DNA from: an uncultured Actinomycetes bacterium
GTDB lineage: Bacteria; Actinomycetota; UBA4738; HRBIN12
Reading direction: 5' to 3'
Assembly: GCA_963704885.1 (NCBI GenBank)
Contig: CAVPIB010000001.1
Span: forward strand, 544,001-608,000
Length of the DNA stretch: 64,000 bases
The notes below the pieces were generated by a model that was given only the letters and a program-made list of their open reading frames with translations, was not told the DNA's origin and did no database searches. Below are positions 1-10,004 of this stretch, piece after piece; the first letter of the stretch is position 1; each line of letters starts with the position of its first letter. The position numbers were made by a program, and so were the translations under genes.

Positions 1-835
1 TCCCGGTGAGCACGGGTATGAGATCGCGGCCGGTGGCCGTTCCCACACGCTCCATCGGCCGGATCGCCGGCGGCCACGCGGCGAGGCCCAGGAGCGACCA
101 TTGCGTGATCCCCACGGACTCGTCCACGATGAACATCGCCACCCCGAGCACGATCGTCGCGAACGCCGCGACGACGCAGGCTCGATACAGCCGCCGCGTC
201 CGCCGATCACCCAATCGGACCGCGAGCGTTCGCTTTCCGCCGCCCTCGTCCGTCGGGATGTCGCGCAGGTTATTGGCCACCAGTACCGCGACCGCCAGGA
301 AGCCCATCACCGCCCCGCTCCACCACGCCGACGCCGGCACCGTCTCTACCATCACGTACGCGGAGCCGCACGTGGCCATGACGCCGAAGAACACGAACAC
401 CATCAGCTCCCCGAGCCCGAGCCCCGCATAGGGGCGAGGCCCGCCCGAGTACAGGAGTGCGCCACCGAGTGCGAGCCCACCCACCACGAGTATCAGGATG
501 GGCGTCGTCGCCAGCGCCAGCGCCAGACCCGCCATCGCAGCTAGTCCGAGGCAGACTAGTGCCGCAGTCAACACCGCGTTGGGCTTCACCGCGCCGCTCG
601 CCGTAAGCCGCGCGGGCCCCATGCGCTCATGCGTGTCCACGCCACGCATGCCGTCGAAGTAGTCGTTCGCGAAGTTCACGCCGATCTGCAGACCTGCCGC
701 GACCACGAGCGCCGCCACCAGCCGCCACACCACCATATGACCGGCGGCAGCCGTTCCCACCAGCACCGGGATCACGCCGAGACCCAGCGTCCGTGGGCGC
801 GCTCCGTGCCACCACAGGCTCAACCCGGCGTTCAC
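1..835 (-). CDS. menA: 1,4-dihydroxy-2-naphthoate polyprenyltransferase (3' end runs off window)
   Basis: Manual translation from GTG at 835 (overlaps menB stop): [17 protein letters not shown]...[29 protein letters not shown]; ARPRTL and NDYxD UbiA/MenA motifs. Confidence 0.9.
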   Translation of the reverse strand, partial: MNAGLSLWWHGARPRTLGLGVIPVLVGTAAAGHMVVWRLVAALVVAAGLQIGVNFANDYFDGMRGVDTHERMGPARLTASGAVKPNAVLTAALVCLGLAAMAGLALALATTPILILVVGGLALGGALLYSGGPRPYAGLGLGELMVFVFFGVMATCGSAYVMVETVPASAWWSGAVMGFLAVAVLVANNLRDIPTDEGGGKRTLAVRLGDRRTRRLYRACVVAAFATIVLGVAMFIVDESVGITQWSLLGLAAWPPAIRPMERVGTATGRDLIPVLTG

Positions 836-1669
836 GGGCGCTTCGGGAACCGCGAGAAGTCGGGCGCGCGCTTCTGGGTGAACGCGTCGCGTCCCTCCTG
901 CGCCTCCTCACTCATGTAATAGAGGAGCGTGGCGTCGCCCGCCAGCTGCTGCACGCCGGCCAGGCCATCGGTTCCCGCGTTCACGCCGGCCTTCAGCAGT
1001 CGAAGGGCGAGTGGCGAGAACCCGAGCATCTCGCGGCACCAGGCGACGGTTGTGGATTCAAGCTCGTCCAGGGCCACCACAGCGTTGACAAGCCCCCAGG
1101 ACAGCGCCGTCTGCGCGTCGTACTGACGGCACAGGAACCAGATCTCCTTCGCGCGCTTCTCACCGACCTGGCGAGCCAGCAGGTTGATGCCGTACCCGCC
1201 GTCGAACGATCCCACCTTAGGTCCGGTCTGACCGAACCGCGCGTTGTCCGCCGCGATCGTCAGGTCGCAGCAGATGTGGAGGACGTGGCCACCGCCGATC
1301 GCGTAGCCGGCCACCATCGCGACGACCGGCTTGGGCATCCGCCGGATCTGGATCTGGAGGTCCAGCACGTTGAGCCGGCCGATGCCTTGCTCGTCGACGT
1401 AGCCGTCGTCGCCGCGGATCTTCTGATCGCCGCCGCTGCAGAAGGCGTCTGGACCTTCGCCGGCTAGCACGATCACCCCGATCTCAGGATCGTCGCGCGC
1501 AACGTCGAACGCCCGGATCAGCTCCTCTGACCGTCAGCGGCCGGAACGCGTTGCGCACCTCGGGACGGTCGATCGTGATCTTCGCGATGCCCTCGGCCGT
1601 CTCGTACCGGATATCCGTGTAGTCGCCGGAGCCCTGCCAGGAAACGCGGCTATCCATAGGACCGTTCAC
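832..1669 (-). CDS. menB: 1,4-dihydroxy-2-naphthoyl-CoA synthase, split by a 1-nt frameshift near 1529
   Basis: ORF 1484..1669 gives the N-terminus ([20 protein letters not shown]), ORF 832..1476 the rest ([25 protein letters not shown]); removing one base joins them as [25 protein letters not shown]. Confidence 0.9.
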
Positions 1670-1711
1670 TCCTAGAGCGTACGCTCGAACGTTTCCGCTA
1701 GCCTAACCGAC

Positions 1712-2914
1712 GTGAGCGGGTACCTGGGCGTCGCCCCCGGCTCCCTGGTGGCGGTCGATCTGCCTCCGGGCCCGGCATGGCGCGACATCTTGGTCGAACT
1801 GTGGGCCGAGCAGCATCCGATCCTTCCGCTCGACCGGCGCCTATCCGACCGCGAACGGCGGGCGATAGTGGATCTGGCTCGTCCCGCGGCGGTCGTCGAC
1901 GAACGAGAGACGACCGTGTTCGCCGATCCTCCGCGGAACTCCACCGCAGATCTTGCGCTCGTCGTCCCGACATCGGGCACGGGCGGGCGTCCGAAGCTCG
2001 TGGAGCTGACCCGTCAGGCAGTGGGCACGGCCGTCGGGCTGTCGTTCGCAGCGCTGGGTCCGGCGCTCGGACAGATCGCGCTCGATCCATCTGAGCCTTG
2101 GGTCTGCTGTCTGACGCCCGCACACATCGGCGGTCTTCTGGTGTTGCTCCGCGGGCTGATCTTCGGCTCACCCGTGACGGTCCTGGAACGTTTCGATGTC
2201 GGGATGCTCGTCGACCGGGCGCCCCCCGGTGCTCACGTCGCGCTCGTCCCCCAGATGCTGCGCCAGCTGATCGCGTCGAACGTCGACCTCGCCCGCCTGG
2301 GCGTGCTGCTGGTCGGCGGCGCCGCGGTGGACCCCGAACAGGCCGGGGCGGCCCGTGACCGGGGAGCCCGCGTGGTCACCACGTACGGCCTGACCGAGTC
2401 GTGCGGGGGTATCGCTTACGACGGGCGCCTCTTCGACGAGACGCGCGCTCGGATCGCCGATGGAGCTATCGAGCTCCGAGGTCCGACCGTCATGGAGGGC
2501 TACCGTGCGGATCCCACGGCGACCGCGAACGCGTTCACGCTCGATGGGTGGCTGCGGACTGACGACGCAGGAGCGATCGACGATCGAGGGCTCCTCGAGG
2601 TGTTCGGACGTACGGATGACGCCATCCGGACCGGCGCAGAGACGGTCTGGCCCCAGGAGGTCGAGCCGGCCCTCCAGGACCACCCCAAGGTCGCCGAGGT
2701 CGCAGTAGCCGGCCGTCCCGATCCCGAGTGGGGCCACCACGTCGCCGCGTTCGTGGTCCCGACCGACCCGCACGATCCGCCGACGCTCGAGGATCTGCGC
2801 ATCCACGCTTCGGAGCGGATCGCCCGTTTCAAGGTCCCGCGCGAGCTCGTGCTGCTGGAGGCCCTGCCGCGGACCGCAGGCGGGAAGCTCCGCCGAGGCG
2901 CGTTACCCGACTGA
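1712..2914 (+). CDS. menE: o-succinylbenzoate-CoA ligase (AMP-binding enzyme)
   Basis: PTSGTGGRPK P-loop-like motif, TYGLTE, C-terminal RTAGGKL; divergent from menB. Confidence 0.8.
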   Translation: MSGYLGVAPGSLVAVDLPPGPAWRDILVELWAEQHPILPLDRRLSDRERRAIVDLARPAAVVDERETTVFADPPRNSTADLALVVPTSGTGGRPKLVELTRQAVGTAVGLSFAALGPALGQIALDPSEPWVCCLTPAHIGGLLVLLRGLIFGSPVTVLERFDVGMLVDRAPPGAHVALVPQMLRQLIASNVDLARLGVLLVGGAAVDPEQAGAARDRGARVVTTYGLTESCGGIAYDGRLFDETRARIADGAIELRGPTVMEGYRADPTATANAFTLDGWLRTDDAGAIDDRGLLEVFGRTDDAIRTGAETVWPQEVEPALQDHPKVAEVAVAGRPDPEWGHHVAAFVVPTDPHDPPTLEDLRIHASERIARFKVPRELVLLEALPRTAGGKLRRGALPD

Positions 2915-2947
2915 GTCCGGAGACTCGACCGGATCCCGGACATACGG

Positions 2948-3019
2948 AGGCCCGAGCCCGGGAGGGGTGGGCTCGGGCCTACCGATCTTGTGAGGGATCA
3001 CCGAGGGGGTGGTGACCCC
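2948..3019 (-). ncRNA. 6C-like small RNA (two hairpins with C-rich loops)
   Basis: Minus strand: GGGGUCACC-ACCCCCUC-GGUGAUCCC then AGGCCCGAGCCC-ACCCCUCCC-GGGCUCGGGCCU, in the gap between convergent genes. Confidence 0.55.
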
Positions 3020-3132
3020 ACGTTGCGGCTCCGCTGCCAAAGCGTCCGCATCCCAATCTTCGACCCGTTCACCCGTCCTGGTTGATACCCCCGAACGGGT
3101 ATTGGCCGAAGGTCTAGGGTCGGCATCACCCC

Positions 3133-4098
3133 TTAGAAGTCGATCCGCGGCGAACCGCTGCCGGTGATGGTGTTCGTGGTGCAGGCGTTTCCGGCTGCGT
3201 CGTACGCGCCGTTGTCGCCGGTCCACGTGGTCGGGCTCGGGACGGTCACCAAGCGAGAGGTCCCGACCTCCACGCCCATCACGATCGTCACCTGGTTCCC
3301 GAGCATGGTTATCGGTGAGTTGTTGAAGTTCCGCGACCCCTGCACGTAGTTCTGTTGAAGGACCACGGTCCCGAAATCGAGCACGGCTCCGGCGTTCGTT
3401 CGGATCACCAGCCAGTCGTTGTTGCCCCGGTTGCGGAGCCGTACCTGAACCGTGGTCGGCGATCCGCCGTCCCACCCGGGGACAAGGGATTCCGGGTCCA
3501 TCGTCTCGCTGAACGTGAAGGTGACGATGTCCCCTTGCTCCGCCAGCCCTCTCGTGCCGCCGACCTTGTTGGCTGAGGTCATGTCGACCGGTGTAGGTGC
3601 CGTGTTCTCGACGATCACCGTGAACCCACCCTGAGTCTGTGTGTTCGGCGGGGCCGCAACGTCGGTCATGGTGATGGAGTAGACCCGCGAGCCGGCGGTC
3701 AGCGGGTTGATCGCGTTGCGGACGCCGCTGCGATAGTTGTAGAGCACACCCCCGGCCGAGTAGGCGCCCGCGGTCATGACCACGGCGCCGCCCCCGTTAG
3801 AGATCGAAGACACGTTGGCGGTAACGGCTCCCACGCCCGCGCCGGGGTTCCCTCCGTCGTCGATCTGCGCGTAGACGTAGAACTGTCCACCCTGGCGGAT
3901 CCTGCCTGTCAGGTAGCCCACGGTCTTGGCGATCACCGTGCGCGTGACGTGAGGAGCCTCCCAGTCCGTTGCAGCAACGAAGCCGTTGACGCCGTTCGTG
4001 GTCGTGGCCGAGAACGCAGCCAACGCCCCGCCGCCGAGACCCAGCACCAGGCCCAGAGCCAACGGGACGACGACCAGACGCCTACGCGACCACTTCAT
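3133..4098 (-). CDS. Secreted protein with SipW-cognate signal peptide (fibre accessory/adhesin-like)
   Basis: Hydrophobic N-terminus then GGALA|AFSATTTNGVNGFVAA; beta-rich G/T/N-rich body; last gene of the sipW operon. Confidence 0.7.
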   Translation of the reverse strand: MKWSRRRLVVVPLALGLVLGLGGGALAAFSATTTNGVNGFVAATDWEAPHVTRTVIAKTVGYLTGRIRQGGQFYVYAQIDDGGNPGAGVGAVTANVSSISNGGGAVVMTAGAYSAGGVLYNYRSGVRNAINPLTAGSRVYSITMTDVAAPPNTQTQGGFTVIVENTAPTPVDMTSANKVGGTRGLAEQGDIVTFTFSETMDPESLVPGWDGGSPTTVQVRLRNRGNNDWLVIRTNAGAVLDFGTVVLQQNYVQGSRNFNNSPITMLGNQVTIVMGVEVGTSRLVTVPSPTTWTGDNGAYDAAGNACTTNTITGSGSPRIDF

Positions 4099-4714
4099 CG
4101 ATGACCCTCCGCCTGCCGCTCCCTCGCTTCCCGCGAACCGGAGCGCTGCCGGGCTCCTGGATGGGCTCGTGCGTCCGATCGCGGATCCGTTCGGGCACGC
4201 CGGGCTCGTGAGCGCCGCGCGGCCGCCACAGACGCCAGAGCTCCGACGCTCCCAACAGGAGCGTGGGCAGCACGATGAGGGTCAGGATGCCCAGGGTCGA
4301 TCGGATCCACACCATCATGTAGCCGATCCGTGGGATGTGGAAGGAGACACGACCGATGGTGCCGGTCAGGGGGACTGCCCACTGCTCCAGGCTGCTGTTC
4401 GCGTCGCCCTTCGTGACGAACGTGACCTGGTCGTCGCGCACGTGGAGCTCGCGCACCCGGTGCGTGATGAGTCGCTCGTGGTTGAGCGGATCACGGAAAG
4501 TCACGATGTCGCCCACACGAGCGTCGATGGGCGGGATCTGCACCGCCACGATCACGTCGCCCGTACCGATCGCCGGCTCCATGCTCCCCGACATCACGGT
4601 CAGGCTTCGCCCCCCGAAGAAGTTCGGGAGCCCGACGGCCAGCACGAACCCGCCGAAGATGCCGATCAGGATCCAGGCTAGGAGGAGCCCCACACGCCGG
4701 AAGGCCCGCTTCAC
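4082..4714 (-). CDS. sipW: Signal peptidase I, SipW/S26B type
   Basis: GTG at 4714 overlaps upstream stop; VMSGSMEPAIGTGD, ITHRV, TKGDAN motifs (Ser/His type); flanking TM helices. Confidence 0.9.
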   Translation of the reverse strand: MKRAFRRVGLLLAWILIGIFGGFVLAVGLPNFFGGRSLTVMSGSMEPAIGTGDVIVAVQIPPIDARVGDIVTFRDPLNHERLITHRVRELHVRDDQVTFVTKGDANSSLEQWAVPLTGTIGRVSFHIPRIGYMMVWIRSTLGILTLIVLPTLLLGASELWRLWRPRGAHEPGVPERIRDRTHEPIQEPGSAPVRGKRGSGRRRVIDEVVA

Positions 4715-5292
4715 TGGTTCTGCGCCTCCCATGTGAAGGCCACCAGGCCGGTCAGACCCTGGGCCGCGAATAGGTTCTGCATCTGAACCGTGAACCGGTA
4801 GACCAGCGAGTTTCCGGTGTTCCATCGGGTCTGAACGCCCGGGAAGGCCGGGATCCCGTTCGCCCAGCTGCCGCGCGCCGCCTTGAACGCCTGGAGCGTT
4901 CCGGTGGGTGAGATCGTGGCCTCCGACGCGAACCCGGCGCAGTTGGGGAACGTGGTAGCGATCGGCATGGAGCCCTTCTCCACGGTGATGTTCAGGTAGG
5001 GATCCAGACCAGATCCGGCGGTTGAGGTGTAGAGACGAACGCTGGAGGGAAGCGAGCCCGTGTACGTCACGCGGATGCAGCGAACGATCGTGGCGGAGGT
5101 CGGCAGCTGGTTCGCCACGTCCCACATGACGGTGGACCCGTCGTTGTCGCCGAGCGCCACGGTTCCAGCCGCATAGGTGTTGTCGATGTTCTGCGTGGTC
5201 CGCGTGAACGCCGCGAAGGTCGCGCGGCCGGACGCCACCGCGATCAGACCGGTCGCGACCAACGCCATCAAGATGCGCGTGGCGCGGTTCAC
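4711..5292 (-). CDS. TasA/CalY-like fibre subunit (paralog 2)
   Basis: GTG at 5292; GRATFA|AFTRTTQNIDNTYAAGTVAL SipW-type signal; shares RCIRVTYTGSLPS, FPNC, TWEAQN with paralog 1. Confidence 0.75.
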   Translation of the reverse strand: MNRATRILMALVATGLIAVASGRATFAAFTRTTQNIDNTYAAGTVALGDNDGSTVMWDVANQLPTSATIVRCIRVTYTGSLPSSVRLYTSTAGSGLDPYLNITVEKGSMPIATTFPNCAGFASEATISPTGTLQAFKAARGSWANGIPAFPGVQTRWNTGNSLVYRFTVQMQNLFAAQGLTGLVAFTWEAQNQ

Positions 5293-5834
5293 GGCAGGGC
5301 CTCCCGCTCCGTGTCGACTTCGAACCCCAGGTCGACCTGAACGATCCTGCCGGCGTATCCGGGTCCCACGTCGTCGGGGACCCAGGCCTCCAAACCGATC
5401 GAGCGCCATTCGCCCGGGTCAAGCGTGATGGCCGCGGCCGTCCAGTCACCGAACCCGTCGAGCGGGCCACGGTAGAGCTGCTCGCCGTCCGGGTCGGTGA
5501 CCAGTATCCAGAGCGCTCGGTCGAGGGCCGGGGTGTCCGGGATGCCGCGCAGGTGGACGCTCACCGGACCCGCGGTTTGGTTCAAGAGTTGTACGGAGCC
5601 CGACGCGGCATCGGTGGCGGGTGTCAGGCTGGTGCCACGGAGCACCACGCCGGAGCGCTTCACGGCCAGCTCGCCGCTCGGCGCTGCCACCACCGACACA
5701 TCGGCGCCCAGGGCGTCCGCTCCCGCGGGGATCCTGGACGAGCTGATCACACCGGCCGCCAGAGCCGTGCCGATGATCAGCCCGATCACGCGCAGGCGGC
5801 TGTCGATCCGCCGATCGATCTTCCGTCGTTCCAC
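5289..5834 (-). CDS. Secreted/membrane-anchored accessory protein of the sipW operon
   Basis: N-terminal hydrophobic helix, beta-rich body, stop overlaps the downstream TasA-like start. Confidence 0.6.
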   Translation of the reverse strand: MERRKIDRRIDSRLRVIGLIIGTALAAGVISSSRIPAGADALGADVSVVAAPSGELAVKRSGVVLRGTSLTPATDAASGSVQLLNQTAGPVSVHLRGIPDTPALDRALWILVTDPDGEQLYRGPLDGFGDWTAAAITLDPGEWRSIGLEAWVPDDVGPGYAGRIVQVDLGFEVDTEREALP

Positions 5835-5968
5835 GTTCGTCGTCCCTCCCGACGTTCGTTCCTCCTGTCAGAAGACCCGGGCCCGGGCGCTCGCGCGATC
5901 GAGCCCGGATCTTCCGAGGAGGGTGTGGGTGGGTCGCTCGCGCGACCCACCCTTCCCTGCTGAGGCGC

Positions 5969-6566
5969 TTAGATGTTCTGCGCCTCCCACGTGTAGCTGT
6001 GCACGCCCGAGGTCCCACCGACGGCAAGAGGGTTGTCCTGCATGGTGAGGGTGAACCGGTACACGAGCGTGTCGTTCAAGTTCCACTGGGTCTGCGCACC
6101 GGGGTTGGCGCCAGCACCGGACGCGAAGTCGACATCGCTCGCGGCGAAGCTGGACAGCGTGCCGGAGAAGATGCTCGCCTCCGACGTGAAGCCGGTGCAG
6201 TTCGGGAACGCGGTGCCGACGGGCATGCTGCCCTTCTCGACCGTCAGGGTCACGTACTGCCCGAACGCGTTGACCGGAGTGGTCGTGTAGAGCCTGACCG
6301 TGGACGGGAGCGAACCCGTGTAGGTCACGCGGATGCAGCGATCGACGACGTCGTTCGGCTTGGCGTCGGCGATGACGTACATCGCGGAGCCGGCGTCGTT
6401 GTCTGAGATGACGACGGTACCGGCGTCGAACGAGTTGCCTGCGTTCACGGTCGTAGCCGAGAACGCCGAGAACGTGCCGATGCCGGCGACGGTGCCGATG
6501 CGTGCCCACCAGCAGCAGCGTCAGGAGCGACTTACGCCCCCGGCTCATGCGGTGGATCCTGTCCAT
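5969..6566 (-). CDS. TasA/CalY-like fibre subunit (paralog 1, probable major subunit); 1-nt frameshift near 6500
   Basis: RBS GAGGAGG before ATG at 6566; MDRIHRMSRGRKSLLTLLLVGT/IGTVAGIGTFS|AFSATTVNAGNSFDAGTVVI after removing one base; joins ORF 5969..6448. Confidence 0.75.
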
Positions 6567-6853
6567 GCCAGACCTCCTCGGTCCTTCCTGCGGCACTCGC
6601 GGCCGTTGCCCCCCTTGGGCAAACATGACTTCGGAGGTTCCGTTCCTCATCTTGAGTGCGCTGCAAGGCATTTCGGCATGTAGCAACATCCGTTGGTCGG
6701 AAACCCTAGCGACGCTCGCGATGCGCACAGGAGGAACGGGGCTGTCACTCGGCATGAGTGGAGCAGGACGTCATGGTTCTGCCCTCGCGCAATCGAGGGT
6801 TGACGCGAAAGGGCAACACCGGCGCGACGGGACGCGAGGGAAAAAGTTCGGCG

Positions 6854-7528
6854 CTAGACCGTGATCGTGCCGTGTTTCACGGCGAAGGCGACGGCCTCCA
6901 ACTTGGAGTGCACCCGCAGCTTGCCGAGGATGTTCCGCACATGGGTCTGGACGGTCTGCGGGCTGATGTAGAGCTTGGTAGCGATGTCGTCGTTGCGCAT
7001 CCCCTGCGCGAGCAGCGACAGGATCTCCTGTTCGCGCTCGGTCAGGTCGTTCAACAACGCGAGCGCGTCGCGTTGCTGCTCGCGTTCGCGTGCCACCTGA
7101 GGCAGGATCCGCGCGAGCGTCATGGGGTCGATCAGCACCTCGCCGTCGGCGGCGGACTTGGCGGCCGACAGGAGCTCCTGCGCGGCCTCGTCCTTGCTCA
7201 AGAAGCCTGAGGCGCCGGCCTCCACCGCGTCGACGAGCAGCCGGTCGTCGTCGTGGGCCGTCATGATGATGACCTTCGTTGCCGGGGAGGTCTCCTTGAT
7301 CTTCTTCGTGGCCTCGATACCCGACATCCCCCCCTTGAGCTCGATGTCCATCAGGACCACGTCGGGCAGTTGCTCGGCGCAGAGATCGATCGCGGACTGC
7401 GCGTCGTGCACCGGCGCGCCGACCAGCTCCAGACCGTCGTCCAGGCCGACCACCGTGGCGAGCGCGTCGGTCAGCACACGGTGGTCGTCGCAGATCAGCA
7501 GCCGAACGGGGCGTGCGTCGTCTGTCAC
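6854..7528 (-). CDS. NarL/LuxR-family response regulator
   Basis: REC domain (LICDDH, VVLMDI) plus LTEREQEIL...ISPQTVQTHVRNILGKL HTH. Confidence 0.92.
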   Translation of the reverse strand: MTDDARPVRLLICDDHRVLTDALATVVGLDDGLELVGAPVHDAQSAIDLCAEQLPDVVLMDIELKGGMSGIEATKKIKETSPATKVIIMTAHDDDRLLVDAVEAGASGFLSKDEAAQELLSAAKSAADGEVLIDPMTLARILPQVAREREQQRDALALLNDLTEREQEILSLLAQGMRNDDIATKLYISPQTVQTHVRNILGKLRVHSKLEAVAFAVKHGTITV

Positions 7529-9036
7529 TGGTCTCCCCTGGGAAGCCGGATGCGAAGCATCGTACCCCCGTCGGGTGCATCGTCGATCGAGACGTCGCCG
7601 CCCTGCGCGGTCACGATCCCGCGTACCAGGAACAGCCCCAGACCGGAGCCGCTGACCTCCTCGTAGCCATCGGGACGCCAGGTACCGAACTTCAAGAACA
7701 CCGCGTCGCGCTGCGCGGCAGGGATCCCCGGCCCGTGGTCGCTGACGTCGATCGTCACGTCGTTGTCATCGGCATCTGCGGTCACCCGGATGGAGGCCTC
7801 GGCGGGAGAGAACTTCGCCGCGTTCTCCACCAGCTGGCGTACGGCTTCGGCCAGCCACTTGCGATCGAGCGGGACCTCGATGCCCTCGGGAGCGTCCACG
7901 GTCACGGGGTGCGCGCCATGATCGACGGCGTTGGCCCCCTCTCGGACCACGCTCCCCAGGTCCTGCGTACGGATGTCGTAGTGGACCGTGGCCGCGTCCA
8001 CCTTGAGCGCGGTCGAGGCTTGGGTGACGGTGGCCAGGAGGCGGCGCGACTCCTGTTCGATCAGGTCCAGGAACTCTCGCCGTTCAGGGTCGCCCAGCCG
8101 GTCGTAGTGCGCGAGCGCCGTGCCGGCCAGTCCACGGATGGTCGTCACCGGACCGCGAACCTCGTGCGCGATCATGGCGGCGATCTCGGCACGCCCGCCC
8201 ATGACCTCCTGTGCGCGGTCGCTCGCTCGGCGCGCTCGCGAGGCCTCAACGCGCTGCGGGGCGAGGAACGCGACGAGTGCCAGTGCGACGGCGAGCGGGA
8301 GCAGCGTGTCGGCAGGATGGAGAAGCGGTCGGTAGGAGATCGGCCGGGCCAGCAGGACCAGCTGCCCGGCGGCCGCGATAGTCCAGGCGACGGCGAGCCA
8401 CGGGTGGGAGGAGCGAACGTCCCCGCCGGCCTTCCACTCGCGCCACCCGGCGACGAGCAGGAGTGCGATGGCCGCCCCTCCCACGATCCAGAGCAGCGGT
8501 GATGTGAGGGAGAAGGCGGCGCCGCGCCGCAGATCCACGTTCTTGGCGGGCGACAGCGAATGTCGGAACACGATCAGGGTCATGTCGATCAGCAGGAGCG
8601 CCGCTGCCCCGACCCCTAGGACGAGGGGCGCGTGGAGCGGCCTGCGCCCACGCCGGTCCCACCATGGCCGGGCAAGCACGAACGCGGCGGCGGCGAGCAG
8701 CCAGGCCGAGAACCATCCGAGCGCGGGGAACGTCAGTCCTTCCCACGGGGAGTGTGAGTCCGACAGGATCCAGTGCTGGTCGAAGACGACGGTCTGCACG
8801 GCCACCACGAGCGATCCCGCACAGACGAACAACGGATGGGTGTCGCCGGTGCTTCGGTAGCGCGTGAAGCACACGGCTCCGGTCGCCAGGCAGACGGCTG
8901 AGAGGATCGCGTCGTTCGCAGCCCGACCGTCAGGAGACCAGTGTGCCTGGATACCGATCGTCGCGACGCCCGCCGCCGCGACGATCAAGCCGACGCTGAA
9001 GAGCAAGATGGTGCCCCGACCGCGGGAACGCTCCAT
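7525..9036 (-). CDS. Multi-pass membrane sensor histidine kinase
   Basis: Many TM helices, AHEVRGPV H-box, NAAKFS, DHGPGI, GSGLGL; overlaps the regulator start. Confidence 0.9.
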   Translation of the reverse strand: MERSRGRGTILLFSVGLIVAAAGVATIGIQAHWSPDGRAANDAILSAVCLATGAVCFTRYRSTGDTHPLFVCAGSLVVAVQTVVFDQHWILSDSHSPWEGLTFPALGWFSAWLLAAAAFVLARPWWDRRGRRPLHAPLVLGVGAAALLLIDMTLIVFRHSLSPAKNVDLRRGAAFSLTSPLLWIVGGAAIALLLVAGWREWKAGGDVRSSHPWLAVAWTIAAAGQLVLLARPISYRPLLHPADTLLPLAVALALVAFLAPQRVEASRARRASDRAQEVMGGRAEIAAMIAHEVRGPVTTIRGLAGTALAHYDRLGDPERREFLDLIEQESRRLLATVTQASTALKVDAATVHYDIRTQDLGSVVREGANAVDHGAHPVTVDAPEGIEVPLDRKWLAEAVRQLVENAAKFSPAEASIRVTADADDNDVTIDVSDHGPGIPAAQRDAVFLKFGTWRPDGYEEVSGSGLGLFLVRGIVTAQGGDVSIDDAPDGGTMLRIRLPRGDQ

Positions 9037-9076
9037 CCGCCGAGTCTAGGACCGACCCTGCGGCCCACCGGTATCT

Positions 9077-9862
9077 CTACGAGTACGTGTGGTCCCGGTC
9101 GGGAAACGATCCGGACTCCACATCTCTCATGAACGCTTCGACCGCTTCGGCCGTCGTTTCACGGACGTTCGCGTAGGCCTTGGCGAGCTTCGGAGGCTTC
9201 TCGGTGATGCCCAGCAGGTCGTGGATGATCAGGACCTGCGCGTCGCATCCCGCGCCCGCGCCGATCCCTATCGTGGGGATCTGCAGCGAGCGGCTGATCT
9301 CGGTGCCTAGGTCGGCCGGCATGGCCTCCAGCACGATCGCGAACGCGCCTGCCTTCTCAAGCTGCATCGCCTCGTCGAGCACCTTGGTGCCGGCTTCGCC
9401 GCGTCCCTGGATCTTCATCCCGCCGAGTCCGTTGACCGATTGGGGCGTGAGCCCTACGTGGGCCATCACCGGGATGCCGATCTCGACCAAGCGGTGGACC
9501 AGGTCCAGCTGCGCGCCCTCGATCTTGACGGCGTTGGCGCCGCCCTCCTTGATCATGCGGCCGGCGTTGCGTACCCCGTCGTCCACGCTCGCCTGGAACG
9601 ACATGAACGGCATGTCGCCCACCACGAGGGCGTGTTCGGCGCCGCGCGCCACCGCCTTCACGTGATGGAGCATCTCGTCCATGGTGACCGGGAGCTCGTT
9701 CGGGTACCCCAGGACGTTTCGGCCCACGGAATCCCCGACCAAGAGCACGGGCACGCCCGCACGGTCCAGGATCTGTGAGGTGGGGAAGTCGTAGGCGGTC
9801 AGCATCACGAACCGCTTGCCTTCCGCCTTCCACGCACGAAGGTCGTGGATGGACGTTCTCAT
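9077..9862 (-). CDS. panB: 3-methyl-2-oxobutanoate hydroxymethyltransferase
   Basis: MLTAYD, LLVGDS, GDMPF, HVGLTPQ, TIGIGAG; RBS AAGGAGG before ATG at 9862. Confidence 0.95.
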   Translation of the reverse strand: MRTSIHDLRAWKAEGKRFVMLTAYDFPTSQILDRAGVPVLLVGDSVGRNVLGYPNELPVTMDEMLHHVKAVARGAEHALVVGDMPFMSFQASVDDGVRNAGRMIKEGGANAVKIEGAQLDLVHRLVEIGIPVMAHVGLTPQSVNGLGGMKIQGRGEAGTKVLDEAMQLEKAGAFAIVLEAMPADLGTEISRSLQIPTIGIGAGAGCDAQVLIIHDLLGITEKPPKLAKAYANVRETTAEAVEAFMRDVESGSFPDRDHTYS

Positions 9863-10004
9863 CGCTCGCGCCTCCTTACAGGTCGAGTGCACGGCAGGTC
9901 TCAGAGTCTAATCCGTTCGAAGGTATACGGCCCTTCAAGGGCTCGTGTCACCCCCCGGTGCTACGGTCCGCTCGTGTCCCGTACACTCTGGACGCCCTCG
10001 TAGA

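Noticed and set aside
6805-6845. AAAGGGCAACACC..GGGACGCGAGG resembling a c-di-GMP-I riboswitch near the fibre operon
   Set aside because: It is on the opposite strand to the operon, lacks the GNRA-capped stem and second hairpin, and runs into a convergent gene end
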